A DNA stretch of 64,000 nucleotides from contig CAVQMO010000003.1 in the NCBI GenBank assembly GCA_963713605.1, positions 256,001 to 320,000 of the forward strand. Reading direction: 5' to 3'. Shown piece by piece: positions 33,411-47,187 of this stretch. The DNA is from an uncultured Nitrososphaerales archaeon. GTDB lineage: Archaea > Thermoproteota > Nitrososphaeria > Nitrososphaerales > Nitrososphaeraceae. Below the pieces are notes generated by a model. The model had not been told where the DNA came from. It saw only the letters and a list, made by a program, of their open reading frames with translations, and ran no database searches. The position numbers and the translations under genes are program-made. Each line of letters opens with the position of its first letter. The stretch's first letter is position 1.

Positions 33411-33704
33411 ATGGCTATACTTAGAATATACAAGCAAAAACCAGCAGACATGGATCTTTCCAAACTGGTGGAGACAATTAGTGAATCAGGTTTAGAAGAT
33501 GGATTGCAAAAATTTTATGATAAACCTCTTGAGAAGGAAACTAAGTGTATTGTAGCAGGACCTAGTTTTCTGCAGTTCCTAAGTAAATTATTTCGAATCC
33601 AGATATCTGGCGGAGACATCATACAGTTTGAACATAAGGGTCATGGTAAATACTATATGCTTTCAGCAACAGGAACATGGGACGAAATAATAAAATTAAG
33701 TTAA
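33411..33704 (+). CDS. hypothetical protein
   Basis: 97-aa ORF with TATA-like upstream sequence. Confidence 0.6.
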   Translation: MAILRIYKQKPADMDLSKLVETISESGLEDGLQKFYDKPLEKETKCIVAGPSFLQFLSKLFRIQISGGDIIQFEHKGHGKYYMLSATGTWDEIIKLS

Positions 33705-34003
33705 TAACAAGAGAAGAGCAAAACGAATGTCTTTTGTCCATTTTCAATGTCCCATGATTTATCTATCCCATTACTTTACAACTCGCATGACCGCACATTC
33801 TCTCTATTTCAGAAATATTGTAATTCAAAGTGCAACAACAATAATATATAGAACAATTTCTCTTACCGATACATACACTCAATAGATCAGCAGTGTACAT
33901 GAATGGAATAAAGCAGCTTCTTTAGATCCATGCTAAGGAGCTTATAAAACTGCAAATAAGCCTTTGGAGCCTCTTTATTAGTAACGGAAGTAAAGTGGTA
34001 GAT

Positions 34004-34493
34004 ATGACAGAGTTTGGAAAACCCCAACCCTGCCGCAATAAATGCGGTGCCTGGATCTATTTTGATAGTAATTCCAAGCCAGCTCATCCTTCACCGGACA
34101 AATGGATTCCTTTACAGGTACTCGGTAGATGCGGGTCTAAGGACAGGTCGAGTGCATCAGTGCCCGAATTGGTCAGAATTTCAACAGTCTAATGGTGTAG
34201 ACCAGCAGCAGGGACAAGCACTTACAAGACGACCAACTACCGAGACAGCAAGATCGGCCATAACAGAAGCACTTTCTCGGTACGATATAGCACTTTCAAT
34301 AGCACAAGCAGCGCCGTCGGTATCTGATAAACAAGATCTTATTATAGCCATGCTGGCTGATCTGCTGAACAATATTGGGAAACTAGTTGGTATATTATCA
34401 GAACAGCAAGAACAAAGGACAATCCAGTACGATAGGCTCTTTCAGGTGCTAGATAAGCTGATAGAACTGAATAAAAAGCAAGAACAGAAATGA
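34004..34493 (+). CDS. Zn-binding plus coiled-coil hypothetical protein, frameshifted near 34117
   Basis: CRNKCGAWIYFD..KWIPL joins YSVDAGLRTGRVHQCPNW and a coiled-coil tail. Confidence 0.55.
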
Positions 34494-35055
34494 CTCTCTC
34501 ATTAGCTATTAGCCCAGAAAAACTTTCAATAGTCAGGTATATAGAATGAAGTGTACTGACTGACATAAGCCTCAAAGAAATGGCAGGTAACCGCTAGTCA
34601 CCCATAAGAATGTGATTTCATTATCCAACAAGATGATGGAGTTGGTATCATTGGGGATTATGTAGGCTTCAGCCTTACGAAACCATAAAGTTCCTTGCTC
34701 GGGTTTAATACTTGCCTTCATTTTTGCTTTCAATTCCGGACTTATTTCCTCCGGTTTTTTAATATGAACTTTATTGATATGTTTTAAAGCTGTTTTCATA
34801 ACTAGTTCTTCAGTACTTGTGGTCACCATATGAATTTGGAAAGATAAATTGTAAGCTTCTATTCTGTGATACATATATTTAATCAGGAACCCAGCCCAGC
34901 CACAGCTGTTTCAAGATCGATTAATGTTCTGCTAAGACAGACTTAACTCTCGAGTGTTTAAGTTCAGCAAGAACCTTTGGTTCAGCAATTCTTAATTGAG
35001 ATCCCATTAAATTGCTTCCTATTTATTTTAATATAACCCAGAAATATAATCTCCT

Positions 35056-35262
35056 ATGCGTCGAACTAAGACTAAGTCGCCCAGAGCCGGAGATAAAGAA
35101 AAAGTGGAGTTGCCGCCCGCTGAAGATTCAATGAATTCTCCGTCGAAGAAGAAAGTAATACAAATTAAGCGTGTTTATGAATGCAAAACGTGTGGATTGC
35201 AATTCGATTCTCGTAAACAAGCTTTAACACACGTATGCAAATATAAGAGAATTAGAGCTTAA
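35056..35262 (+). CDS. C2H2-type zinc-finger microprotein
   Basis: YECKTCGLQFDSRKQALTHVC. Confidence 0.7.
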   Translation: MRRTKTKSPRAGDKEKVELPPAEDSMNSPSKKKVIQIKRVYECKTCGLQFDSRKQALTHVCKYKRIRA

Positions 35263-35970
35263 ACGGATTTTATTTGATGATTTTTACAAGCTCCCATGGC
35301 CGATGAAGACTTGACAGAACCAAGTAATGACATTCTTATTAAATATCTTTATATTAGATGGACTAGATAGTATTGGCCTGGTCTGCTTCTAGGTCAGAAA
35401 TGCATTTGAATTGTCTGGCTTTAGAGTCGATTGGTATCTCCCACATTAATTGTCCATGGTGTCGTAAATTTGAGTAGCCTTTGCGGATAGTCAAAGTGCT
35501 TACTGAGAACAGTTCTATTAAAGTTCATCACACAAGATGTCAACTGGCCTTGTCGTTACGTTACAGTGACTTTGCTGTTTGCTGAGATAAGTTGAGATCG
35601 GGTTTGGTAAATAATATCCCCGTAGTGCGATACTATGATAGAATAATAAATTGCCGACAGCGAACTAATCTGACGATCGGTATCTCCTCTTTATCTGGTT
35701 ATCTATAAATTTTTTTCTTGTTTAATGCATTTTGTTCAGTTTGTAGAATGTCATAATCGTCGCCAGGTACTAACTTCTAGTTACATATCTGAGTTGGTTG
35801 GGGGGATTTTTTAGCTGCATGAGATATCGACAATCTAATTCTGTATAATTTTGGGGCTTTCTTGATAGATTAAAAATTCGTCTGGATTACCGATCTTTAG
35901 ATGGCTCTGCTTAGAAAGTAAAACTGAATCCGGCTCTCGTGACTTGAAAAACATGATCCACCGTTTCTTT

Positions 35971-36558
35971 TCAAGTGTTGAATAACCAAGGTCTTAGCAA
36001 TTTAGTTAAAAGTGGCATTATCAAATAGGTCATTAATATGACCGTTATTGTAATAGCAATAACAAACCTTATTGAATATGGGATAGATAGCATTTCGGTT
36101 ATGAAATGTATTTGGGGAACTAGAGTTAGTAATAGAAGAGAGATAACAGGAATAGTAACAATTACCATTTTATACCGCGGTGGTGAAATTAATGGCACTA
36201 AGTCTGAAGATTTTTTAGAATAGGGAGTAAACCAAAACTCTAATCCTGTTAATTTTTGTACATCAGGATCAGCCTGTACTAGTTCCCTCCCTTTTTGTAA
36301 CCATTTATTTCTTATCGATGAATTCTCCCACTTCGTAAGATTATCATAATTATTAAATCTGAATATGATAACATATTCAGGCTTAGATTCTTTATCAGTT
36401 GGTCTAATTATATCGATGCCCATACTACCTTCTTGTCTGGATACTTCCTTGGAGATACCTGAAAGCCATTCTTCAAATTCTTTAATTTTGTTCTTCTTAG
36501 CAATGCGTTTAACAATTACAGTAACTGGTAGTAAATGCTTGCATACTTTTGTTATCAA
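35971..36558 (-). CDS. ABM (antibiotic biosynthesis monooxygenase)-like domain with C-terminal TM helices
   Basis: EFEEWL, YVIIFRF, TGLEFWF, PPRYKM, LMTYLIMP..LRPWL. Confidence 0.85.
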   Translation of the reverse strand: MITKVCKHLLPVTVIVKRIAKKNKIKEFEEWLSGISKEVSRQEGSMGIDIIRPTDKESKPEYVIIFRFNNYDNLTKWENSSIRNKWLQKGRELVQADPDVQKLTGLEFWFTPYSKKSSDLVPLISPPRYKMVIVTIPVISLLLLTLVPQIHFITEMLSIPYSIRFVIAITITVILMTYLIMPLLTKLLRPWLFNT

Positions 36559-36756
36559 TATTTTTTTCTGACATATTCATATTCCTTTTGATTAAAATAA
36601 ATAATCTTATAATGTAATAATTTAAGGGAAAATATTAGGACAAAGAAGTTTCAAGATATACCCTCTTGAGCTTAAACTGATCTTTCGGTAATCTCTTCAT
36701 ATCCAACTCTGTCTACCCTTATTTTGTTAAGGAAGTTTTACTATGGTTGTCTTAAC

Positions 36757-36978
36757 TTACTTCACCCTAACAACGTCTACCTGACCGCTATGCAACCAAT
36801 TCCTGAGTTCTTCGTGGGATGGCTTGGCATCATGTTTGCCTGCTAGCTGTAGATGCAGAAGAGCATAGTTGACCTGATTTAATAATGGCTTATTTGCTTC
36901 ATCACCTTTGCGTGCTTTCTCTTTTAGGTCAGACGGTATAGTATCCCACCAATCATTGAAACTTCTTATCATTATCAT
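36757..36978 (-). CDS. small hypothetical protein
   Basis: 73-aa ORF with protein-like composition and TTTAAA upstream. Confidence 0.6.
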   Translation of the reverse strand: MIMIRSFNDWWDTIPSDLKEKARKGDEANKPLLNQVNYALLHLQLAGKHDAKPSHEELRNWLHSGQVDVVRVK

Positions 36979-37116
36979 AGATCAGCACGACAAACATTTA
37001 AAGGTTCAATTTTTTTTAGAAAAATGTAGAAAATTGAATAGAATTTGTTATGTACATGAAATAATCAAAGAATGATTAAATGATCAGAGAAATAGCTATA
37101 TAATAGCAAAAGATCA

Positions 37117-37275
37117 AGAATGACTTAATGGCAAACAAAAACTGAACGTGGCACCATACGATATATCATTTGAACTACCAACATCAACTTCCATACGTCT
37201 AAGTCGTTCTGAATTATTTTCAGCCCATATCCTTCTATCGTATTCATCTATGATTCCCTTGTATATACAAGCCAA
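37117..37275 (-). pseudogene. histidine kinase ATPase C-terminal relic
   Basis: YKGIIDEYDRRIWAENN..GATFSFCLPL parallels the tail of the kinase at 40295 (ICKNLVEAQGGRIWAQDN..GATFSFSLPI). Confidence 0.55.
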
Positions 37276-38230
37276 GGCCGGTGCCGCTAACGGACCTCGT
37301 TACAAAATTTGGCCGAATTAGCTGTCTGGTCTAGTTTTCGAAAAGTCCAAACGTCTTATTCAAGATGGTAGTTAGCTTTCGCTCCAAATCAACGACAAAA
37401 TCAACATTTATTCTACAAAACATTGTAAGGACTCGATAGAGTAGAATATTCTTGTCCATTGCGAAAGATACGATAGAACAAAACAAGTAGTATCATAATC
37501 TGCCATACATCAGACAATAGGAATCAACACCTATGATGGGGTACCATTTGGATTACTCTGTAAATCCACGTTCGACGGCTCGGCGACGGCTTAGACGACT
37601 CTTACTGAAGAACTAACAAATGGTAAACTATCCTGTGATTGCAATAATTAAAGGTCGTTTGACTAGGATTTCTACCTGGCCGTCCTACTTACCCACCTGC
37701 TCCACCTTGCAAATAAAAAGAATCGTCATGACTCGTTTAATAGTACGGTAACGTAGAGATGTATGTGTTATAGCACTACAGCTATGACGCAAGCGACATA
37801 AAAAATCGTAAATGACACAGCCGTTAATATATCAGGTCCTACCTTATCATAATATTGTGAATCAGTATTAGAAAAGGTTAAGAATTTGATCGTTCTTCAG
37901 TGTTGAGCTAAATCAGTCAAAGTAGGTCAGGGGCTATATCTAATTGGCTTCACTACCACCTTGTTGATTCAGGAAGGATCAACCGCTTCAAATTCGCGAT
38001 ATAGTTATTTAGATGTCAACCTTTTACTAATGTTTACTACTAATACAAATTATCTAGTAGATATATTTCTATAGTAATATCCATCGTCTTTGTATATGAT
38101 TCATTGACCAGTACGATGATTTACAAGAAATCCTAAGTGCAAAAAAAGGAGAATAAATACAACTATAGTGCAACACAAGTTCTGATTTTGACAAACAAGA
38201 GTTAATAAGGATCATGCACATAACCCTTTT

Positions 38231-40001
38231 ATGTGTTCTATTATAGGATATAAGGGTCAATTAATCGTAGCACCGTTATTGGTAAATAGTCTTAAACGAA
38301 TGGAATACAGAGGTTATGACAGTGTAGGGATAGCCACAATAAATAATGGGAGGATCCTGGTTAAGAAGGGCGTAGGGAAGGTAATAGATGTCAATAAGAG
38401 GCTTGACTTGAGTAATATGGAAGGTCACGCGGGTATTGGACACACTAGATGGGCTACTCATGGCAGTATTACAGAAAAAAATGCTCATCCTCATTACGGC
38501 TGTACAGATAGTATGGCCATTGTGCACAATGGAATTATTGAAAATCACAGCGAGTTAATGGAAGAGCTAATTGACTTAGGTCACGTTTTTAAAAGCGATA
38601 CCGATAGTGAGGTAATTGCACATCTCCTCGAAAGATATTACGCCGAACATAAAAATATAAAGAGGAGCATGATCGAGACATGCAAAAGACTAAAAGGAGA
38701 TTATGCATTTGTGGCAGCATTAGAGGACGGCACGATATGCGGATCAAGATGCAACGAGCCGCTAATGATTGGATCAGTAGATACAGGATACTTCATCTCT
38801 AGTGACGTCCTAGGGTTTATAGGATATACTGACAAAGCTATTTTTCTAGAGAATAGAGACATTGTGGTCGTCGATTCGAAAACTCTTCAAATATATGATT
38901 CAGACGGAAATACTGTAACTAGATCACTTACACAAGTAGCATGGGAACTAGCCGCGATAGACAAAGGAAAATATGCTCATTACACCCTAAAAGAAATCCA
39001 TGAACAACCTATCATAGTAGAAAAAGTAGGAGTCCAAAATTTAGATAAGATAGAGGAATTTTGTAATGTCCTGAGAAATTCCAAGACATTATTTCTTACA
39101 GGCGAGCGGAACAAGTTACCATTGTGCTTTAATTGCTAAACATATATTATCAAATTTTGCAAAAATTCATGCTGAAACTGTGGTATCAAGCGAATTTCAA
39201 TATACAGTAGGTGGCATTGACAACACTTCTGTTCTACTTGCCCTTTCTCAGAGCGGTGAAACAGCAGACGTTTTGCAGGCTGTAAATACTGCAAAGCATA
39301 TGGGAGCTAAAATACTTTCTATTGTGAATGTTCCGACTTCGTCCTTGGCCAGAATCAGCGATTCATTTTTGACTATCGAGTGTGGACCTGAAATAGGTGT
39401 AGCTGCAACCAAAAGTTTCACGGCTCAATTGTCTTTAACTTATATGATAGTAGATACATTAAGCAATGGTTATTTAGGCTTTAAAACCGATAAACAATTT
39501 CTTGTTGGTGCACTTCATGAAGCATTAGCTGCTGAAAATGAGATATATAGTATTGCAGTGAAGCTTCGAGACGCACGGGATATTTATGTGCTCGGTAGAT
39601 CAATTCATTATCCTATTGCACTTGAAGGAGCGCTGAAAATAAAAGAACTGTCTTATATCCATGCAGAAGGCATAGCAGCGGGGGAATTGAAACATGGACC
39701 ATTGGCATTAATTGATGGAAATAGCTACGTAATAATTATAAATCCTAACGATACTACTTCCGATAGTAATATTGCTAGTGCTCATGAAATAAAAGCAAGA
39801 GGAGCAACGATAATTGGTATTTCTAATACGCCAAATGAAGTATATGATATATTTATCAAGATCCCATTCGTAAAGTGTAATGTTATCTATCCTATTTTTG
39901 AAGTATTACCACTTCAGATTCTGGCATATTACCTGTCACTCGTAAGGAATGTAGATCCAGACTATCCACGCAACCTTGCTAAATCAGTTACTGTGAAATA
40001 G
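38231..40001 (+). CDS. glmS: glutamine--fructose-6-phosphate aminotransferase, one frameshift near 39104
   Basis: N-terminal MCSIIG, EYRGYDS, GHTRWATHG, HNGIIEN, SQSGETAD, VAATKSF, GELKHGP, PRNLAKSVTV. Confidence 0.97.
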
Positions 40002-40294
40002 AATAGCAGGCGTACTAAGACTAGTATGGTAAGTAAGATCACAAATACTCCGAATGTAGCTAAGACTCCATAATTCATACTCTATAACATAACTCGGAGT
40101 TAATGTCAGTTAGATTATTGTGTTAGTTTCATAATCAGTCATCGCCAAAAAACCAATTGACCATATTGTACAGTCAGTTCGTTCAGAATGAATTGCCTTA
40201 ATATCGTTCAATCATCGTTCAGAGTAGCGTTCAATATCTTAGCGTGAGTCGCTATCTTTTACAAATATCTAATTAATGAGTTCTCTTCCGAGGT

Positions 40295-42147
40295 CTAATT
40301 GAGATTGGCTATTGGTAGACTAAATGAGAATGTTGCTCCAGGACCGTCCTTGTTGTCCTGAGCCCAAATTCTGCCACCTTGAGCTTCTACAAGGTTCTTA
40401 CAGATATATAGCCCGAGACCGGTGCCCTGATTTGATCTTGTAGAGAATTTTGAAAATAATCTCGGAAATATATCTGGATCTATTCCACTTCCACTGTCAA
40501 TTACACTTATTACAATGAATTTATTGTCCTTACTTACCTTCTTCGATATGGTAATGGTTCCATTCTTTAATGAGAATTTTATCGCGTTACTAATAAGGTT
40601 TGATATTATTTGCATTACCCTATTCTTATCACAAATCATTTTAGTAATATTAAGGGATCCGGCACGATATTTCGATTTATTTGAGTGACTTCTGATCATC
40701 TTAGCAAGCTTAACTTGTTTATCGCTTGTACAGATCTACCTTGTTTCTAAAATCATCAATAACCTCATCAATAACCTCATCAATATCTATTGATTCCTTA
40801 TTCAACTTTAATATCTTACTATCAATCCTTGTCACATCTAGGATATCGTCTGTTAACCTATGAAGTCTTTTTGCATTCCTATTAATTACTTCTAGAGTTT
40901 CCTTCAATTGAGGATCGTCTCTATCAAATATTTTTTCATTTCTAGCCAGTGCAATTTCAGATAGTCCCAGTATTGGCTGTATAGGTGTCCGTAGTTCATG
41001 AGCTGCTATATTGATGAATTCTTGCTGAATTATATTGTTGGATTCCAATTGTTTGTTGAGCATTTCCAATCTTTCCGTGGAATCCTTTAATTGCTCGTAC
41101 AAGTCCGTTTGCTTACGAATGATATAGATTATGGATGCATAAGATGAAGCTACAGAAGGGATATTCGAATATGTTGCAATTCCTCCTGCCTGGTACGGAT
41201 CCTTTAGCGTATCATCCTTGAGCTCCCATACCATAGATTTTGAATTATCTACTACCATTATTGTGATTTTTGTGTTAACTGATTTATCAGTTACAACTAA
41301 GTTGGCGTTTGGAATCTTTTTTCTGATTTTATTCACCTGTTCATTCACATCTACAAATCCATTGTTGTACTTGTCTTCAGTATGATCATCACCCTCAACA
41401 TCGTGAGTATAACCATTAGGACTGGCCCAATTGATATCTTTTTTTGAATTGTCGTACACGGGAACCAAGATAGTTAGATTGATCCCCCTCTGTAATGCAT
41501 TTTGGTAATGATTCAATGTGTAAGCGTCTGCAGCTAAAAGAAATGTCTTTGCTGAGGCAAACATTACCAGGATTTCACGTCTTGCTGAACTCATAAGATC
41601 AAAAGCACGTGATATCGAAGTGCGAGTGTCAGTTATGACTTGAATCACAGGGTGCTCGACGCCTTCCTCTAATTCTTTAATTTTTTGTTCGGCAGGGGTA
41701 GCCGTACTCCAAAGAGTATCAAATATGTACTGCCCATGTTCAACAACTTCCCTTACGCTGCCTATATATTACCTCGGTGAGTGGAGCGCCTTCCTCTAAG
41801 ACAGTGGTCGCCATATACTCTGACTCACTTATTGCAATTCCTCCTCTCACCCCATCTAGATGTCTCAGTTCGTCTACTAGATTCATTAGCTCTTTACAAT
41901 GGTGGAGATTCTCATTCGTTATTTCAGTGAATGCACGTATCCTTCCTCCCCTTTTTCGTATATTCTTGTAACCCTTTCTATACTCCTTAACATCTACTAC
42001 TATTGATGGTGCTTTTTTGTCGAAAAAGATATCCATTCTTTCGTTCACATTATTCATGAAATAGATTCCCCTTCCTACTGCTTTTTCAACACCGTAAAGA
42101 ACTTCTGATTTCTTGTCTTTGACTGGGGGGTATTCCTGAATTGTCAG
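40295..42147 (-). CDS. cytoplasmic sensor histidine kinase with TrmB/PLD-like input domains, two frameshifts
   Basis: H-box FINIAAHELRTPIQPILG, N-box NLISNAIKF, DSGSGI, GTGLGL; N-terminal ITNENLHHCKELM..ELRHLDG. Confidence 0.9.
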
Positions 42148-43020
42148 TTCGATGGATCTCTAAATGGCTTAAGCATATATAATGATACTTGAACTGGCAG
42201 ATCAGTTGTATCTAGTAGGTACAGTTGATTAGATTTCAGCGACTTTTATGTATTAGGAATCCAAATCAGTGGGCCTTTTTCTCATATTCAGCGAGAAGTC
42301 GAGAATTGTGGTTCTGAATCCACGATATTTCTCGGTTATACAATAGGTCTGTTTAACAGATTGAGTAGTAAACTATCCTTTGTTTCTAACGATATCTCTT
42401 CACGAAATAGAGGTGGAACCAGGTAGCTAGTGTATAAACTTTCATCACTTGGTTAGATACATTCTCATGTAACTTTCCCAAATGCGGATGTTCTAATAGC
42501 ATTAGAATCCTTTATTACAAACTGTAATTGAAGCCAAAAAAACGAAACAGTAATTGATCGAACCATATAGTTTGGAAGGGAATACTCAACTATATCTTAA
42601 ATTAGGTAACACTACAAGGATCTGGCATAAGGAGAAGGATTTCCAAACGTTATGGGTAGTGTGGATGAAATGTATATTTGCATTTAAACGGAACCGGTGC
42701 CAAATTTAGATTCCTAATTTGCTATTTTGTCTATGATAATGATGATGATAATGATGTTGGTCTGATTAGATTCCATCCTACTTCTCGTAATCTTATTTTT
42801 GTGGCCAAAAGGTGAATACTCTCGAGAATAACAGAGATTTTTCAAATTTCTCTAAGATCAGTCGTTTTTCTATAGATTAATCGTACGACACAAATTTGTA
42901 GATAATAATTGTTCCTAATAAAGAAATTTGAGTCATTGACTAATAAACCACTGATGATAACAAACGAGATAATAGATAATTTAGGGAAAGATTTAATCCA
43001 TCCTCATTACCATAAATATC

Positions 43021-43312
43021 ATGCTAGGAATGTATGTGATACTAGTCTTAGGCTTTGGATTAGGATTACTTTTAATAAGCTCGAATCGGAACTTATGCCC
43101 AACTAGATAAAGAGACACCAACTGGAAATCTAACTGAGGATGTAGACATCTCGATAAGTCCGGGAGAGGAACTCCCTGCTAATGGAACCGTAAGCGTTAG
43201 TACCGAAGGAGCAACCGATATGGATATCAATGAATTTCCTCCACCAGGAGTCACGGTCATAATTCAAAATGACAAAGTAGTTGTAACAAATAATCCGGTT
43301 ATATATCAATAG
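43021..43312 (+). CDS. small secreted protein, paralog of 26136-26586 (frameshifted; not in ORF track)
   Basis: MLGMYVILVLGFGLGLLLIS../..ETPTGNLTEDVDISISPGEELPANGTVSVSTEGATDMDINEFPPPGVTVIIQNDKVVVTN. Confidence 0.7.
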
Positions 43313-43667
43313 TGTTCGCATCGACCTATTTATGATGTAGTTCCGTGTCGTAGATAGTCTAAGCCTTACAACAAATCCAGGGATGACGTCCTCTATTTTT
43401 TAGATGTTAGTTGCACGGCTCCAAAACCTAAGGATATAGATTGACACGAAACTGAGTCGTCTAAGTCGAGGTTTACGCTATATAAATAATACAAATGAAT
43501 ACATCAAAAAGGAGGAATATAGAAATCTTATCAAGAATATAGAATTTAATTACTGTATTGTCCTAAAAAAGGTATTCATGTATTCTATATGATCGACATA
43601 GAAATCTATAGACTACGATAATTATATGGTATATGAATTAATAATTAACAGCAGTGAGTCAAACTAA

Positions 43668-44781
43668 ATGGAATCCAAAATGGGTTTTAAATTAATGATT
43701 GCTGCAGTACCTTATGATGGCATCAACGATACCAGCAAGTTACTCTGGCAATCTCTTTGCGCAGGGACCAGTAACACTTAATGGGGCTGGTGCTACGTTC
43801 CCGTTCCCATTGATAGATACTTGGAGAGTTGAATACCAGACAGTTGAACCAGGAGTGAATATCAACTATCAATCAATAGGAAGCGGGGGAGGAGTCAAAC
43901 AGTTCACAGAAAAGACTGTTGACTTCGGCGCAAGTGACGCTCCGCTAACTCCAGAAGAAGAAGCTAATGCACAAGGCGCAGTACATATCCCGGAAACTAT
44001 AGGTTCAGTGGTAGCGGCTTATAATATCCCAGGAGTACCAGACAAGGGCTTAAAGTTAACAGGTCCAGTCTTAGCCGACATTTTCCTGGGAAAAATTACT
44101 AAATGGAACGATCCTCGGATTGTTGAATTGAACCCCGAATTATCGCTACCCGATGCAGAAATAACTACAGTTCATCGATCGGATGGTTCAGGAACAACTT
44201 TCGTGTGGACTGACTATCTATCAGCCATTAGTCCAGAATGGAGCGACCAAGTAGGCAATGGGAAATCAGTCCAATGGCCTACTGGCTTAGGTGCTCCAGG
44301 AAATGAAGGTGTTGCAAACGCAATTAGGGGGAGTGAGAACGCTATCGGTTATGTAGAACTCGCATATGCGTTGACGACCGGAATGCCATTTGCATTTATC
44401 CAAAATCAGGCTGGTAATTTCGTAGAGCCAACGTTGGCTTCAACAGAGGCCGCTGTATCAGCATCAGCTGGTACGCTACCGGCAGGAGATGCATCATGGA
44501 CTAATGTTACATTGGTAAACGCGCCGGGCGATGATTCCTACCCAATTGCCAGTTTCTCCTACTTGCTATTATACAAAGAATTAGCTGACAACCCCACAAT
44601 GACCGATGCTAAGGCTAAAGCGCTCACAGACTTTGTCAAGTGGGCAATAACTGACGGACAGCAATTTGCTCCAGAATTAGAATACGTGCCTCTGCCCGAC
44701 GAAGTAGTAAATCTGAATCAAGACACTCTTAGTCAGATTACTTTCAACGGAAATCCCGTAGCTAATTCAACACAAGGATAA
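43668..44781 (+). CDS. pstS: phosphate ABC transporter substrate-binding protein
   Basis: LNGAGATFPFP, YQSIGSGGG, DFGASDAP, HRSDGSGTT, IGYVELAYA, YPIASFSY; frameshift in leader. Confidence 0.95.
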
Positions 44782-45039
44782 CAAATAGGAGACCATAACC
44801 AAAGGTCATAACCGTCCGAACTTATTTTTTCCTTTTTTGGATGTAATAAATTCACTCTAGCTTTCATTGTATAGAATGAGAATGCTAAATTGCAAGAGTT
44901 GTCCTTTTTGGGTGAGGTCTAGCGACCTAGGATTTTAGTAGTATTAATAGCCTAGTCATCGTAGAACAACAGCAATTATAGTTTCTATTTTTCTAAATTC
45001 TTTTTATTCAAGTTCTAATCAAATAATTTATCATACTAC

Positions 45040-45618
45040 TTGGCAGAACAAATTAAACGACCGTTCGGAGTCACGATAATTGCCATTCTGACTATTATTG
45101 GCGGAATATTATTAACTTTTGGAGGGATTTCATTACTGGCCTATGGTGCATTCTTTATTTCAGTTCCTATTGATGTATTCATTTCAGAGCAAATGCAACA
45201 ACAACAGAAGGAACAGCTTCAACTGCAACAACTACAGGAGCAAGACCTACCGAATGCAGCAGAATTACAGGCCCTCGCCCTATTCCTTGGTGGCGTCGGG
45301 ATAGTGATAGGTGCAATCGTACTCGCAGTTGGAATTGGATACTTGGTTGTATCTTACGGCTTATTGAAAGGAAAGGGATGGGCTTGGATTATAACTGTTA
45401 TATTAACAATTATTGCAATCGCAGTCCAAATAGTCTCTGGAATAACTGCAAGTATGTTCAACGCATCATTTATCGATGACACGAATAGTTTTGTGACTGG
45501 GATCATTGCTCAGATAGTAGGTATAGCTATTAATGGAGTAATTCTCTACTATCTCTACCGTCCAAACGTAAAGGCTTTTTTCGGGAGATCCCTCCCCTCA
45601 AACAGTATTCAAAGATAG
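45040..45618 (+). CDS. integral membrane protein (RPxGVTIIAIL type)
   Basis: Four hydrophobic segments, GLLKGKGWAW, YYLYRPNVKAFF. Confidence 0.8.
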   Translation: MAEQIKRPFGVTIIAILTIIGGILLTFGGISLLAYGAFFISVPIDVFISEQMQQQQKEQLQLQQLQEQDLPNAAELQALALFLGGVGIVIGAIVLAVGIGYLVVSYGLLKGKGWAWIITVILTIIAIAVQIVSGITASMFNASFIDDTNSFVTGIIAQIVGIAINGVILYYLYRPNVKAFFGRSLPSNSIQR

Positions 45619-45689
45619 GAGAATCATTTGTCACGTACCTAAGATTTAGACAATCCTATTGCAGCTGGCCTATTTAATGCCTCTAAGGT

Positions 45690-46322
<633 letters not shown>

Positions 46323-46440
46323 GTAGCATAAATGGAATATTGCCAATTCATGAGTAAGTGTACATCGAACTCATTCCAAGCCTTGTCGTTGATTCGGGAT
46401 CACAATGGATTTCACATTGAAAAAGCTTGACGAAGCTAGA

Positions 46441-47004
46441 TTATAAAGACGGCTCACTCACAACAGTAGTCCAAAGACCGTCTTTATTGCCTTCGGCAGA
46501 TTGTGTAAGGTTCTGTGTTCGGTATATTTTGCCTGACAATTTCCATTCCTCTTTTCTTTCATCCCACGAGAGCGTAGGATCACTTGCCAAACCCAGAGTA
46601 GTAGCAAGCATTTCCATTGCCATATCTTCAGCATAGTCACCTGCTCTTTGAGCAGTTTCTCCAGTCGAATGGTGTTCAGAAAGAAACCCATAATGGTTAT
46701 TGTTGGATGGTCTAGCTAATCCAATAGATGCGGCAATCAGTCTATTTGGTTCGTTGGTAGCAGATCTCGCCATGACACTAAATACTATCTGGCCCGGTAT
46801 AATGTGCCTTCTGCCTTCTTGCACGCTAACTATTCTACATTGTGAAGGCATTATGCTGGAAACAGAGACGAGATTAACATCAGATATTTGGGCATCGTTT
46901 AAGGCTAATTGGAAGCTTGTAAGATAATCCTTGTGAATCCCTTTGCCTTTAGTAAAAAACATAATCTTAGGTAGGTATGAAACAGGATCTGAGGTAATAT
47001 GCAT
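46441..47004 (-). CDS. pdaD: pyruvoyl-dependent arginine decarboxylase
   Basis: FFTKGKG, SFQLALNDA, NLVSVSSIMP (Ser-Ser cleavage site), AASIGLA, YGFLSEHH, DYAEDMA. Confidence 0.9.
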   Translation of the reverse strand: MHITSDPVSYLPKIMFFTKGKGIHKDYLTSFQLALNDAQISDVNLVSVSSIMPSQCRIVSVQEGRRHIIPGQIVFSVMARSATNEPNRLIAASIGLARPSNNNHYGFLSEHHSTGETAQRAGDYAEDMAMEMLATTLGLASDPTLSWDERKEEWKLSGKIYRTQNLTQSAEGNKDGLWTTVVSEPSL

Positions 47005-47187
47005 ACGGATACAAGTTTATTAGAATGCTTATAAGTAATTCGCTGCCTGAGTTATAATAGTAGAATTCATTTCTCATAGATCCGGTGGCAAGCATAGTGA
47101 AGCATAGTGCAATAGGAAATTTCTCGATTGGTATATGTTGAGGCTGCCAAAAAATCTTAAATTAATATTCATGGTTACAAGCAAATA

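Noticed and set aside
38231..40001. Programmed frameshift or natural split of glmS
   Set aside because: No slippery motif is evident at the break, and similar indels affect most long genes, so sequencing error is more parsimonious
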